A DNA stretch of 64,000 nt from NCBI GenBank assembly GCA_963789395.1, contig CAWBKP010000011.1, forward strand, positions 192,001-256,000. Direction: 5' to 3'. Every line of letters starts with the position of its first letter. Within the stretch, counting starts at the first letter, position 1. Below, piece after piece: positions 24,148 through 33,651 of the stretch. Source of the DNA: an uncultured delta proteobacterium (GTDB taxonomy: Bacteria > Desulfobacterota > Desulfobacteria > Desulfobacterales > Desulfatirhabdiaceae). A program made the position numbers and the translations under genes. The notes under the pieces are model-generated. The model searched no databases. It was given only the letters and a program-made list of their open reading frames with translations, and was not told where the DNA came from.

Positions 24148-24690
24148 ATGAAACCATCCAAGATAAAAACATCCAAGGACATAAAGTCCGGCGAGGCGCA
24201 GACGAAAGTTTCCCGCCGCAGTTTTCTGAACATCCTCTGGTCGGCCCTGGGCCTTGCAGCACTGGTGGAATTTTTTTGGCTGACCATTTCTTTTCTGCGG
24301 CCCGCAAGATCCGGCAGCGCCGAAAGCCAGGCGAATATCGTGATCCAGGCAGGTACCGTGTCGTCCTTTGCCCCCGGCACGGTCACCGCGTTTCAAAACG
24401 GGGAATTTTACGTTGTACGACTGGATGACGGGGGATTTCTGGCGCTTTCGTGCAAATGCACCCATCTGGGATGCACCGTTCCCTGGGTTGAAAAAGAAAA
24501 AAAGTTTTTGTGCCCGTGCCATGCATCGGCCTATGACATCACCGGCAATGTGATCAACTCGCCGGCCACCCGTGCTCTGGACATTTTCCCGGTGGCCATC
24601 GAGAACAGCATCGTCAAGGTGGACACCCGGAAACGAATAAAGAGAAGCGGGTTTGATTCAAAGCAGGTGGTGTTTCCACCCAAGGTGTAA
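24148..24690 (+). CDS. Rieske 2Fe-2S protein with Tat motif
   Basis: SRRSFL; CTHLGC and CPCHAS boxes. Confidence 0.9.
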   Translation: MKPSKIKTSKDIKSGEAQTKVSRRSFLNILWSALGLAALVEFFWLTISFLRPARSGSAESQANIVIQAGTVSSFAPGTVTAFQNGEFYVVRLDDGGFLALSCKCTHLGCTVPWVEKEKKFLCPCHASAYDITGNVINSPATRALDIFPVAIENSIVKVDTRKRIKRSGFDSKQVVFPPKV

Positions 24691-25196
24691 ATTCGAATAT
24701 CGAATATCGAAATCCGAAACAAATTCTAAATACGAATGTTCAAAACAGGATGGGGCATACCTGCAATGAATGGTGATCTTAAACAATACGATCTGGAGGA
24801 ACGGACGTTTTGTTTTGCGAGAGACATCCGGGTGTTTGTCAAGCGATTGCCGAGAAATATTTGTAATCTGGAGGACGGAAAGCAGTTGTTGCGGGCGTCG
24901 GGCTCCATTGGGGCCAACTACATCGAGGCCAATGAAGCCCTGGGCAAAAAAGACTTTCAGTTCAGAATCAAAATCTGCCGCAAGGAAGCCAAGGAAAGCC
25001 GCTATTGGCTGAGACTGATAGATACCGGTGAAGAAAAGGCTTTGGAAACCGAACGCACGATCCTGCTCGCAGAATCGACAGAACTCATGAAAATCTTCGC
25101 CGCCATTATGCACAAAAGCCAGTAACGTTCCCGCTTTTGTTTTGAATTTAGAATTTTGTATTTGTTTCGGATTTCGATATTCGGATTTCGAATTTA
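24688..25196. mobile_element. Heptad inverted-repeat cassette (family A, full copy) enclosing a four-helix-bundle gene
   Basis: Left arm taaattcgaatatcgaatatcgaaatccgaaacaaattctaaatacgaatgttcaaaac; right arm gttttgaatttagaattttgtatttgtttcggatttcgatattcggatttcgaattta; mobility is inferred. Confidence 0.7.
24766..25125 (+). CDS. Four-helix-bundle protein (23S rRNA intervening-sequence protein / Avd-like family)
   Basis: DLEERTFCFA...KQLLRASGSIGANYIEANEA..KKDF..RIKICRKEAKESRYWLRLI...ESTELMKIF. Confidence 0.9.
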   Translation: MNGDLKQYDLEERTFCFARDIRVFVKRLPRNICNLEDGKQLLRASGSIGANYIEANEALGKKDFQFRIKICRKEAKESRYWLRLIDTGEEKALETERTILLAESTELMKIFAAIMHKSQ

Positions 25197-25211
25197 TCCT
25201 TTAGGATTTTT

Positions 25212-27509
25212 ATGTTCCGCTGGAAACTCATAGGTATCCTCTCCACCGCACTGATCGTAATCGCGATACCACTTTCGGTCGTGAAACAGCATTACAGTGC
25301 AGGCCGGCCCCATCCGGACGCTGTCGCCGATTTTGTCGGCAGCGAGAAATGCCGGGCCTGCCATCAGCCGGAATATGAACTGTGGAAAGGCTCCAATCAC
25401 TTTCATGCCATGGAAGTCGCCTCCGATGCCAGCGTACGCGGGGATTTCAACGATGCCGTTTTTGAACACTTGGGCATCGTCTCCCGATTCTACCGCAAGG
25501 ACAGTAAATTCTTTGTCCATACCCAGGGTCCGGAAGGCGTTATGGGGGACTTCGAGATCACCCATACCTTCGGCTGGAATCCGCTCCAGCAGTACCTGAT
25601 TCCGTTTCCCGGGGGCCGGATGCAGTGCCTGCCCATTGCCTGGGATGTGAAAGCCGGGCGGTGGTATCACCTGAATCCCGACAGGCCGATATCCCCCAAA
25701 GACTGGCTGTATTGGACCAATGCGGCAATGAACTGGAACGGGATGTGCGCCACCTGCCATTCCACCAACCTGAAAAAGAACTACCATATCCAGACCGATA
25801 CGTACCAGACCACCTGGTCGGACATCAGCGTCGGCTGCGAAGCCTGCCACGGACCGGGGTCCAGGCATGTCAAATGGGCCGAGCTTCCGGACATGGCCCG
25901 GCAGTCCGTTGTAAATTATGACCTTGCGGTCCGCACCTCCGGGCTGAAGTCGCGCGAGCTGGTGGAACTGTGCGCGCCCTGCCATTCCCGCCGGACGAGC
26001 CTGGGGGATTACACCCATATCGAAGCGGACCTTCTGGATACCATGCTGCCGACCCTACTCTTACGGGATTTATATTTCCCCGACGGTCAGATCCTGGAAG
26101 AGGTGTATGCCTACGCCTCGTTTGTTCAAAGCAAGATGTATGCACGGGATGTACGCTGCAGCGACTGCCACAATGTCCACAGCATCAAGCGCGTGAAGGA
26201 AGGCAACAGCCTGTGCCTTCAGTGCCATCGGGCAAGCGACTACGACACCCGTCAGCATCATTTTCACAAGAAAACAGGTGAAAAAGGCGACCCCATCAAA
26301 TCCGCGGACGGCCGAGTCCTGTTTGAAATCGGAACCGGAGCCGAGTGCGTACAATGCCACATGCCCGGAAGATATTACATGGGGGTGCATTACCGGCTGG
26401 ATCACAGCATCCGGATCCCCCGGCCGGATCTGTCCATCAAGCTCGGTGTGCCGGACACCTGCATCCGATGCCACCGGGACAAAACCAGCCGATGGTCCGA
26501 CGAAACCATCACCAAGTGGTATGGACCGGGACGCCGCCCCCATTACGGAGAAATCATTCAGGCCGGGCGAAACCGGCAGCCCGGTGCCGATAAAGACCTG
26601 ATCCGCTTATCAGGAGATCCGCTTTACCCGGTAATCGTCCGCGCAACCGCGCTGGAGCTGCTGGACGCATATTCCGGAGACGTCACCAATGACGCGATGG
26701 AGCGCGCGCTGATGGACAGCGAGGCCCTGATCCGCCGCACGGCAGTCAGCCATTTACAGAATCCCGACCCGAAACGCAATGTCCGGTTGATCGCACCGCT
26801 CCTCTATGACCCGGTAAAGGCGGTTCGGATCGATGCCGCATCCCGACTGGCAGGCCAACCGAGCCGTCTGCTCACGGACGATCAGCGCCGCGTGTTCGAG
26901 GATACCCTCAAGGAATATATCGCCGCCATGGAGTACTCCGGGGATTTTGCTTTCGGCCGCTACAACCTCGGAAACCTTTACGTCGCCCTGGATGAGCCGC
27001 AAAAAGCAATTGCGAGCTTTCGTGCGGCCATTAAAATCGATGACCTGTCTTATCCAGCCAAGGTAAACCTGGCCATGCTCTACACCCAACTGGGCCGGAA
27101 TCCCGAAGCCGAAACGCTGCTGACCGAGGTTGTCAAGGCCTATCCGGAACTTTATGATGTCCAGTACTCCCTGGGGCTGCTGCTGGCCGAGGAAAAGAAA
27201 TATCTCGAGGCCGAACAGCATCTGGCGATCGCAGCAAAGGGTATCCCCGATGAATCGCGGGTGCACTACAACCTCGGGGTTCTCTACGATTTTCTTGGCA
27301 GGGACCAGCAGGCTGAAGTGGCGCTGAGCCGGGCATCCGAAATCGAGCCGAACAACATGGACTACCTGCAGGCTCTGGCCCAGCACTTCCTGAAACAGGA
27401 AAATTTTACCGCTGCCGGCAAAATCGCCGACAGAATGATCGCCCGGCATCCCGAAGACCCAAGGGGATCGGAGCTGAAGCGTTTTTTGCAGCAAAAAACG
27501 AAGAAATGA
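25212..27509 (+). CDS. Multiheme (8 CxxCH) cytochrome c with HEAT and TPR repeats
   Basis: CRACH, CATCH, CEACH, CAPCH, CSDCH, CLQCH, CVQCH, CIRCH; C-terminal YNLGNLY, YSLGLL, YNLGVL TPRs. Confidence 0.9.
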   Translation: MFRWKLIGILSTALIVIAIPLSVVKQHYSAGRPHPDAVADFVGSEKCRACHQPEYELWKGSNHFHAMEVASDASVRGDFNDAVFEHLGIVSRFYRKDSKFFVHTQGPEGVMGDFEITHTFGWNPLQQYLIPFPGGRMQCLPIAWDVKAGRWYHLNPDRPISPKDWLYWTNAAMNWNGMCATCHSTNLKKNYHIQTDTYQTTWSDISVGCEACHGPGSRHVKWAELPDMARQSVVNYDLAVRTSGLKSRELVELCAPCHSRRTSLGDYTHIEADLLDTMLPTLLLRDLYFPDGQILEEVYAYASFVQSKMYARDVRCSDCHNVHSIKRVKEGNSLCLQCHRASDYDTRQHHFHKKTGEKGDPIKSADGRVLFEIGTGAECVQCHMPGRYYMGVHYRLDHSIRIPRPDLSIKLGVPDTCIRCHRDKTSRWSDETITKWYGPGRRPHYGEIIQAGRNRQPGADKDLIRLSGDPLYPVIVRATALELLDAYSGDVTNDAMERALMDSEALIRRTAVSHLQNPDPKRNVRLIAPLLYDPVKAVRIDAASRLAGQPSRLLTDDQRRVFEDTLKEYIAAMEYSGDFAFGRYNLGNLYVALDEPQKAIASFRAAIKIDDLSYPAKVNLAMLYTQLGRNPEAETLLTEVVKAYPELYDVQYSLGLLLAEEKKYLEAEQHLAIAAKGIPDESRVHYNLGVLYDFLGRDQQAEVALSRASEIEPNNMDYLQALAQHFLKQENFTAAGKIADRMIARHPEDPRGSELKRFLQQKTKK

Positions 27510-27770
27510 CGCATGGATATACAGTCGATAGCCGGACCCGATCGCAACACCGCAAAAAGTCATTCTAAGCCATTAAACCGCTCCTTGCGCATTTATAATG
27601 AAATTCCAAAGGGATGCCGCTTCCCAGACCGAGTGAATGGATGAAGCGCTATTCACCATTTTGAACATTACCAAATGGTAATCTTCCGATCATCTTCCCG
27701 TAAGCTTCCCTGCCTATAATGGGTTCAACAACCGGGCACTTGCCCCCCATTCACACAAGGAGGATTTACC

Positions 27771-29228
27771 ATGAAATCGCAGAAAAATTTTAAATCCATT
27801 TTCATCGCCCTGCTTCTGGCAGGGACCATCATCGGAATCGGCTTCGGGATAACACCGGCATCAAAAGCCAATGAACCTTCAATAGCCCAGGCCCCCGTCG
27901 TCTCAAGCAGCGTTCCGATGGTTCCGGGCAATTTCAGCCAGATCGCCGACCAAGTCAGGGCCGGAGTGGTCAATATTCAGGTCAGCAAAAAGGTCAGCAA
28001 TGCGGAATTTCCGAGTTCCCGGGGAAATCCCTTCGGAGACCGGAATCCATTCGGAGAATTTTTCGGACCTTTCGGGGGCAACCAGCCCGAGAGAAAACAG
28101 CAGGGAGTAGGGACCGGATGCATCATCAGCCAGGACGGGTTCATCCTGACCAACAATCATGTGGTTGAAGGCGCGGATCAGATCAAGGTCAAGACGTCTG
28201 ACGGAAAGGAATTTGACGGACGCATCATCGGCCGGGACCCCAAGACCGATCTTGCACTGGTCAAGATCGACGGTGCATCGGATCTTAAACCCCTGAAGCT
28301 TGGTGATTCGGATGCACTGAATGTGGGCAACTGGGTGGTTGCCGTCGGCAGCCCTTTTGGCCTGGAACAGACGGTTACCGCTGGGATCGTCAGCGCCAAG
28401 GGGCGGGTGATCGGCTCCGGGCCCTATGACAATTTTATCCAGACCGATGCTTCCATCAACCCCGGCAACAGCGGCGGCCCCCTGATCAATATGCAGGCGG
28501 AAGTGGTGGGCATCAACACGGCCATTATCGCTTCCGGACAGGGGATCGGTTTTGCGATTCCGATCAACATGGCCAAGGAAATTGCTCCCCAGCTCCAGAA
28601 AACCGGTCATGTGACACGAGGCCTTCTGGGTGTCAATATTCAGGATTTGACACCGGAGCTGGCAAAATCATTCGGGCTCAAGGATACCCATGGGGCACTG
28701 GTTGCCAAAGTGGTTCCGGACGGTCCGGCAGATAAAGCAGGAATATTGCAGGGGGATGTGGTCGTGAAGTTCAACGGCCAGCAGGTCATGGGCGCCAAGG
28801 ATCTGTCGCGGATCGTCGCAGGGACCCCTGTTGGGGAAACCGTGACGGTTCAAGTGATCCGGGAAGGCAAAACGGTTGACATCCAGGCAAAAGTCGGAGA
28901 AATGGAAGATGAGGGTGCAACTGCATCGGAAAAGGATGCTTCCCATAAAACGCTTGGCGTTTCCGTGCAGAATCTGACGCCTCAAATTGCCGGAGAACTC
29001 GGCCTGAAGGATACCGCCGGCATTGTGGTCACAAACGTTGCACCCGGAAGTGCGGCTGCCGAAGCCATGATCCGGACAGGAGACGTCATTAAAGAGATCA
29101 ACCGCAAACCGGTCAAGAACGTCGATGATTTTATGCAGAAAATCGATAAGACAAAAGCCGGGGATACGCTGCTGCTTCTGATCGAAAGAGAGCAGAACAG
29201 TTTGTTTGTAACGATAACCCTCAAATAA
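27771..29228 (+). CDS. DegP/DegQ (HtrA, Do-family) serine endoprotease with two PDZ domains
   Basis: TNNHVV, DLALVK, QTDASINPGNSGG; two PDZ-like regions. Confidence 0.95.
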   Translation: MKSQKNFKSIFIALLLAGTIIGIGFGITPASKANEPSIAQAPVVSSSVPMVPGNFSQIADQVRAGVVNIQVSKKVSNAEFPSSRGNPFGDRNPFGEFFGPFGGNQPERKQQGVGTGCIISQDGFILTNNHVVEGADQIKVKTSDGKEFDGRIIGRDPKTDLALVKIDGASDLKPLKLGDSDALNVGNWVVAVGSPFGLEQTVTAGIVSAKGRVIGSGPYDNFIQTDASINPGNSGGPLINMQAEVVGINTAIIASGQGIGFAIPINMAKEIAPQLQKTGHVTRGLLGVNIQDLTPELAKSFGLKDTHGALVAKVVPDGPADKAGILQGDVVVKFNGQQVMGAKDLSRIVAGTPVGETVTVQVIREGKTVDIQAKVGEMEDEGATASEKDASHKTLGVSVQNLTPQIAGELGLKDTAGIVVTNVAPGSAAAEAMIRTGDVIKEINRKPVKNVDDFMQKIDKTKAGDTLLLLIEREQNSLFVTITLK

Positions 29229-29236
29229 CATGTTGC

Positions 29237-29268
29237 CCCGGCCGGCAGGAAATTTCCTGCCGGCCGGG
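29237..29268. terminator. Perfect 32-bp palindrome after the protease gene (terminator or stabilising hairpin)
   Basis: cccggccggcaggaaatttcctgccggccggg, starting 9 bp after the stop. Confidence 0.6.
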
Positions 29269-29299
29269 CTATGCACTGTGTTTTATTCACTGTCATTAT

Positions 29300-29434
29300 T
29301 GATGATAGCGCAAGAAGTCGTCCCACCGGTGAAAACCGGTGTCCAGTCTCTCAGCAACTATCTAAAAACACTGGATTCCGGCTTTCGCCGGAATGACGAG
29401 CTGTCGTTATTTTTGACTTTTTGCCAGATCATCA
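29300..29434. mobile_element. MITE-like element with 20-bp imperfect TIRs enclosing a REP-like double hairpin
   Basis: tgatgatagcgcaagaagtc ... gactttttgccagatcatca; interior gtcccaccggtgaaaaccggtgtccag ... ctggattccggctttcgccggaatgac. Confidence 0.65.
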
Positions 29435-29484
29435 TTATTGAGTTATCATGTAATCAATGTCATTGACATTCGGAATATCTCAAG

Positions 29485-29573
29485 AAAATCCCCCTTAGGA
29501 AAAAGGGGGATTTAGGGGGATTTTCAGCGGTTGCACGAAATCCCCCCTGGCCCCCTTTCCAAAGGGGGGAATT
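29485..29573. repeat. CCCCCTT/AAGGGGG palindromic repeat element
   Basis: aaatcccccttaggaaaaagggggatttagggggattt ... aaatcccccctggccccctttccaaagggggga; related copy at 48206-48345. Confidence 0.7.
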
Positions 29574-29714
29574 TGTTCCGTAATTTAATGACAGTGATCC
29601 TGTATTTGCGGAGTTAAGCCAACGGGATACGGTCACTGCCGATATTCGGGCTGTAAAATCAATTCCGGATCACAATGGAATTAACAGACTGAAAAAGGAA
29701 GGGTTCTCAGATTT

Positions 29715-31667
29715 ATGGGACTGATTAAACGTTCACTGTGGAAACGTTTCGTAGCCATTGCCCAGCCTTATTTTTTCCCGGACATCCGCTGCGGCGGCTG
29801 GGCCATGCTCCTGTTGCTGATCATGCTGCTCGGTTTTCTTTTCGGCGTTCTCTTTTTGATCGTCTCCGGGATGACATTTGCGGCAAATCATGTTGCACCG
29901 GATCTGACTGCAAAGATTGCTTCCGGTCTGTTATCCATGATTACAGGGATTTTCAATTCCAAGGCATGGCTGATAGTTGCAGGCATGTTAATTGTCCCCG
30001 TGGGCGTGTTCGTATTGTTCGGCCGCCACATCCGCAGCCGCAGGCAGGCCTGGGTGCTGCTTGCCACCGTTTTGGTCCTGTCTCTTTCCGTCACAGGCAT
30101 TAATGTCGCCTTCAGTTATATCGCCAATTACTTCACCAATGCCCTGGTGCAAAAAAATCAGGATCTGTCCTATCTCTTTGTCGTCGTCTATTTTTGCGGT
30201 TTCATGGTCGGCATTCCCATCGTCGCCTTTTATGGCTACGTACAGAGTTATCTGGGAATGCGCTGGCGGGAATGGCTGACCGATGAATTCCTGAAAAAGT
30301 ATTTTTCCAATCGCAGTTATTACGAAATAGAATCCCATGCACAGATAGACAATCCGGATCAGCGTATCATGGAGGATATCCGTTCATTTACCCGGACATC
30401 GCTCGGGTTTCTGCTGATCATCCTGGGGTCGCTCATGGACCTGGTCTCCTTTACCGGCATTCTCTGGTCAAAGTCCGTGCTGCTTGTCGGCGTCGTGCTG
30501 GGCTACTCGCTGGTGGGAACACTGCTGACCGTTTTGATCGGCCGGCGCCTTGTCGGCCTTAATTTCAATCAACTGCATTACGAGGCGGACTTTCGGTATT
30601 CTCTGGTGCATGTGCGGGACAATGCCGAATCGATTGCCTTTTACCAGGGAGAAAAACCGGAGATCGCGCAGATCGGGGATCGATTCAGAAAAGTCCTCGG
30701 GAATTTCAATCTGCTCATCGGCTGGCAGCGGAATCTGTCGCTTTTTACCACAGCCTACAGTTACCTGCCCGTTGTGCTGCCTTTTCTGGTGTTGTTCCCG
30801 CAATATTTCGCAGGTCAGATCGAGTATGGAGACATGGTGCAGGCCAATTTCGCCTTCAGCCAGATTTATGCGGCACTTTCTCTGATCGTGTCTCAAATGG
30901 AGCAGATCACCAATTTTGCAGCCGGGGTCGAGCGCTTGTCGACCTTCGCCGATGCCGTCACGCCGACACCGGAGCCGGTCCCCGGCATCATAACCGATGC
31001 GGCCGACCGGTTTGTCCTGACGGATGTCACGCTCCTTACGCCCAACAGGAACCGGACCCTGTTCCATGGCCTTACCGTGGATTTAAGTGACAAGGACAAT
31101 CTGGTTGTCGTCGGCCAGAGCGGGGTCGGGAAAAGCTCGCTCCTTCGCGCCATCGCCGGCTTGTGGACGCAAGGCTCCGGGGAGATCCTGCGCCCGGCCC
31201 TGCAGGAAATATACTTTCTGCCCCAAAGACCATACATGCTGCTTGGCTCTCTAAAGGATCAGCTCCTCTATCCCCGGATGCAGCAGGAGATACCGGAAGA
31301 AGAGCTGCGGCGCGTTCTTCAGTGTGTCAACCTGGCGGATCTGCCGGAGAGATCAGGCGGATTTGAAGCGGAACTGGTCTGGGCGGATGTCCTGTCCCTG
31401 GGAGAGCAGCAACGGCTGGCCTTTGCCCGTCTGTTTATCAACCGTCCCGGGTTTGCCGTTCTGGATGAAGCCACCAGCGCGCTGGACAACGAAAACGAAG
31501 CAGCGCTCTACGGAAAACTGCAGGAGCTTGGCATCCATTACATCAGCGTCGGCCACCGAACCAGCATCCTGGATTATCACAATTATGTACTGGAATTGCG
31601 GGGACAGGACAAATGGCAACTGATGAGTGTCGCTGAATACAAGACAAAAGCCGGAATACCGGCATAA
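29715..31667 (+). CDS. Fused ABC transporter permease/ATPase, ABCD / SbmA-BacA-like family
   Basis: IDNPDQRI, EADFRYSLVHVRDNAESIAFY, GQSGVGKS, LSLGEQQR, LDEATSALD, SVGHR. Confidence 0.9.
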   Translation: MGLIKRSLWKRFVAIAQPYFFPDIRCGGWAMLLLLIMLLGFLFGVLFLIVSGMTFAANHVAPDLTAKIASGLLSMITGIFNSKAWLIVAGMLIVPVGVFVLFGRHIRSRRQAWVLLATVLVLSLSVTGINVAFSYIANYFTNALVQKNQDLSYLFVVVYFCGFMVGIPIVAFYGYVQSYLGMRWREWLTDEFLKKYFSNRSYYEIESHAQIDNPDQRIMEDIRSFTRTSLGFLLIILGSLMDLVSFTGILWSKSVLLVGVVLGYSLVGTLLTVLIGRRLVGLNFNQLHYEADFRYSLVHVRDNAESIAFYQGEKPEIAQIGDRFRKVLGNFNLLIGWQRNLSLFTTAYSYLPVVLPFLVLFPQYFAGQIEYGDMVQANFAFSQIYAALSLIVSQMEQITNFAAGVERLSTFADAVTPTPEPVPGIITDAADRFVLTDVTLLTPNRNRTLFHGLTVDLSDKDNLVVVGQSGVGKSSLLRAIAGLWTQGSGEILRPALQEIYFLPQRPYMLLGSLKDQLLYPRMQQEIPEEELRRVLQCVNLADLPERSGGFEAELVWADVLSLGEQQRLAFARLFINRPGFAVLDEATSALDNENEAALYGKLQELGIHYISVGHRTSILDYHNYVLELRGQDKWQLMSVAEYKTKAGIPA

Positions 31668-31752
31668 GAAATGCACCATCTCTGGCGGTCTGTAATTGGA
31701 CATTGATACCGGCATGCCGAAGTGACGGCCTGGATTGCCTCCTGCTGGCAGG

Positions 31753-32172
31753 TTAATTATCCAAGCCTTCCCGCATGGCTGCTTTTTCAAGTCTACTATC
31801 AAAACATGAAAATACGACAGAAGTGGAAACTTCCCGGTGGAGTAGCAGGGCTGAAGCCAAATGGATTGCATCAAAACCCCTTAAGGCATGTTTTTCAGCA
31901 AGGTTTCCAGCCAGTTTTACCATATCCTGCGTGATGTTCAAAATGAAATAATTCCGCCAATCCTTATCAAAAAACGCTTTTAAGCGGTCATGATCGTCTG
32001 ATGTAAACGAATTCTCTCTGAACCGGCGAGCAAAAGCTGCTCTTGCTTCCGCATAAGAAACGATTGACGTCGCCGTAGCCTCTGAAGACCTTACCAGGGT
32101 TTCAATTTTCAGAGAGTCCTCTTCTTCCATGTATAATTTCACAAGGCTGCTCGTATCCAGATACAAGATCAC
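31753..32172 (-). CDS. vapC: PIN-domain toxin (VapC family)
   Basis: YLDTSSLVKLY..EE, LRGFDAIHLASA, FDSRL; GTGA overlap with the antitoxin stop. Confidence 0.85.
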   Translation of the reverse strand: MILYLDTSSLVKLYMEEEDSLKIETLVRSSEATATSIVSYAEARAAFARRFRENSFTSDDHDRLKAFFDKDWRNYFILNITQDMVKLAGNLAEKHALRGFDAIHLASALLLHREVSTSVVFSCFDSRLEKAAMREGLDN

Positions 32173-32438
32173 CGCCGGTCCTCGACAACAGCGCTGGATA
32201 CGCTCATTCCTTTGGAAACTATCCGGCTCGGCATGCCCTCCGGCCTCCCACCGGACCAAGAGGCCAAGCCACGCTGGATGAATTGATACAATTTTTCTTC
32301 TCCAGCTTTTATACCGATGGGCATTATTATCGCTACGTCATTTTTTCGATCTGTTACAATGATCCTCTCACCGGCCCTGACTTTTTTCATATAGCGGCTC
32401 ATGTTTTCTTTTAATTCTCTGATACCGATTCTTTCCAT
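32169..32438 (-). CDS. Phd/YefM family antitoxin
   Basis: MERIGIRELKENMSRYMKKVRAGERIIVTDR. Confidence 0.85.
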   Translation of the reverse strand: MERIGIRELKENMSRYMKKVRAGERIIVTDRKNDVAIIMPIGIKAGEEKLYQFIQRGLASWSGGRPEGMPSRIVSKGMSVSSAVVEDRR

Positions 32439-32469
32439 AATGCTACTCCTCAAACGGATATATCTACAT

Positions 32470-32509
32470 AATGAGGTCACATTATAATTTATGTTACCTC
32501 ATTCGTCAA
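32470..32509 (-). promoter_or_regulatory. Sigma70 promoter of the TA operon overlapped by an inverted-repeat operator
   Basis: Minus strand TTGACG-17bp-TATAAT; arms aatgaggtcacat / atgttacctcatt match 12 of 13. Confidence 0.8.
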
Positions 32510-32732
32510 GACATGCATTGAGGATAGGTCGGGCCAATATAACTATATGAACCTACATATAAAACACCTGTTGACAGGGCTTTTTTTTGAGCTTAAAAGT
32601 GAAAATTGGCCATCGAAACGGCCCCTCTGAGCCTTACAACGCCTTTTCTCGGCGCATTTATAGTTAAATTTTATTGTGATAGCTCTGGTCCGAGCCAGAT
32701 TTCGGGTCAAGTTAAAAAATGATAAATATAAA

Positions 32733-32894
32733 TAAATCGAAATACGAAGCACGAAATCCGAAACAATGACCAAAAACTTAATGTTCAAAACGGTGAGTTT
32801 CATCCATTTCCAATATTATAATTTTGAATTTAAAATTTGTTTCGGATTTCGATATTCAAATTTCGGATTTTACCTGAACGACCTTTCCGTTCAG
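32733..32894. repeat. Heptad inverted-repeat element (family A), empty copy, with outer hairpin
   Basis: Arms 32733-32791 and 32822-32871; ctgaacg-N7-cgttcag at 32874-32894. Confidence 0.8.
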
Positions 32895-32922
32895 ACAGAA
32901 AGCTTCTTATGGGAAGTCTCTT

Positions 32923-33565
32923 ATGAAAAAACCCCGCGTCCTGCTTGCCGATGATCACAGAATCGTGCTTGAGGGCCTGCGCAGCCTTCTGGAACCCGAG
33001 TTCGATATCGTCGGGAATGGTCGAGGACGGCCAGGCCCTGGTCACAGAAGCCCTGCGTCTGCGCCCGGATCTGGTGGTGGTGGATATCTCGATGCCGATG
33101 CTGAATGGAATCGATGCGGCGATTCAGCTTAAAAAATCAGATGCCCGCATCCGGGTTGTCTTTCTAACCATGCATGCCGATGTCGAATACGCAGCAAGCG
33201 CTTTTGCGGCCGGCGCTTCCGGGTTTGTACTGAAGCACTCTGCGCCCAGTGAGCTGATCACGACGCTCCGGGCGGCCATGCGCGGCGGCGCCTATGCAAC
33301 CTCCGCCATTTCCGGTGAATTCATCGACTCCGATCGTCAGAAAGTGAACGAACCGGAAGAATCAAAGATCGCACTGAGCCCCCGGCAAAGAGAGGTTTTG
33401 CAACTCCACGCCCGGGGAAAATCCGCCAAGGAAATTGCATCGCTATTGCATATTTCCACAAGAACCGTCGAATTTCACAAGTACCGGATGATGGAAACGC
33501 TTAACATAAAAACCAGCGCAGAATTGATCCAATTTGCCGTCAAGTGCGGACTTGCTGCAATATAG
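32923..33565 (+). CDS. NarL/FixJ family response regulator (REC + LuxR HTH); frameshift ~33017
   Basis: VLLADDH, DISMPMLNG, LSPRQREVL..GKSAKEIASLLHISTRTVEFHK. Confidence 0.9.
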
Positions 33566-33567
33566 CA

Positions 33568-33651
33568 CCTGAACGGAAAAACCGTTCAGGCGAAATTCGA
33601 AATCCGAATATCGAAATTTGAAACAATGACCAAAATCCCAATGTTCAAAAC
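33568..33651 (+). repeat. Family A single arm with outer hairpin
   Basis: cctgaacgg-aaaaa-ccgttcagg then aaattcgaaatccgaatatcgaaatttgaaacaatgaccaaaatcccaatgttcaaaac. Confidence 0.8.

Noticed and set aside
24766..25125. Diversity-generating retroelement (Avd-like gene)
   Set aside because: No reverse transcriptase and no template/variable repeat pair with adenine-specific mismatches were seen in the window.
24688..25196. 23S rRNA intervening sequence
   Set aside because: The flanks are protein-coding genes, not rRNA.
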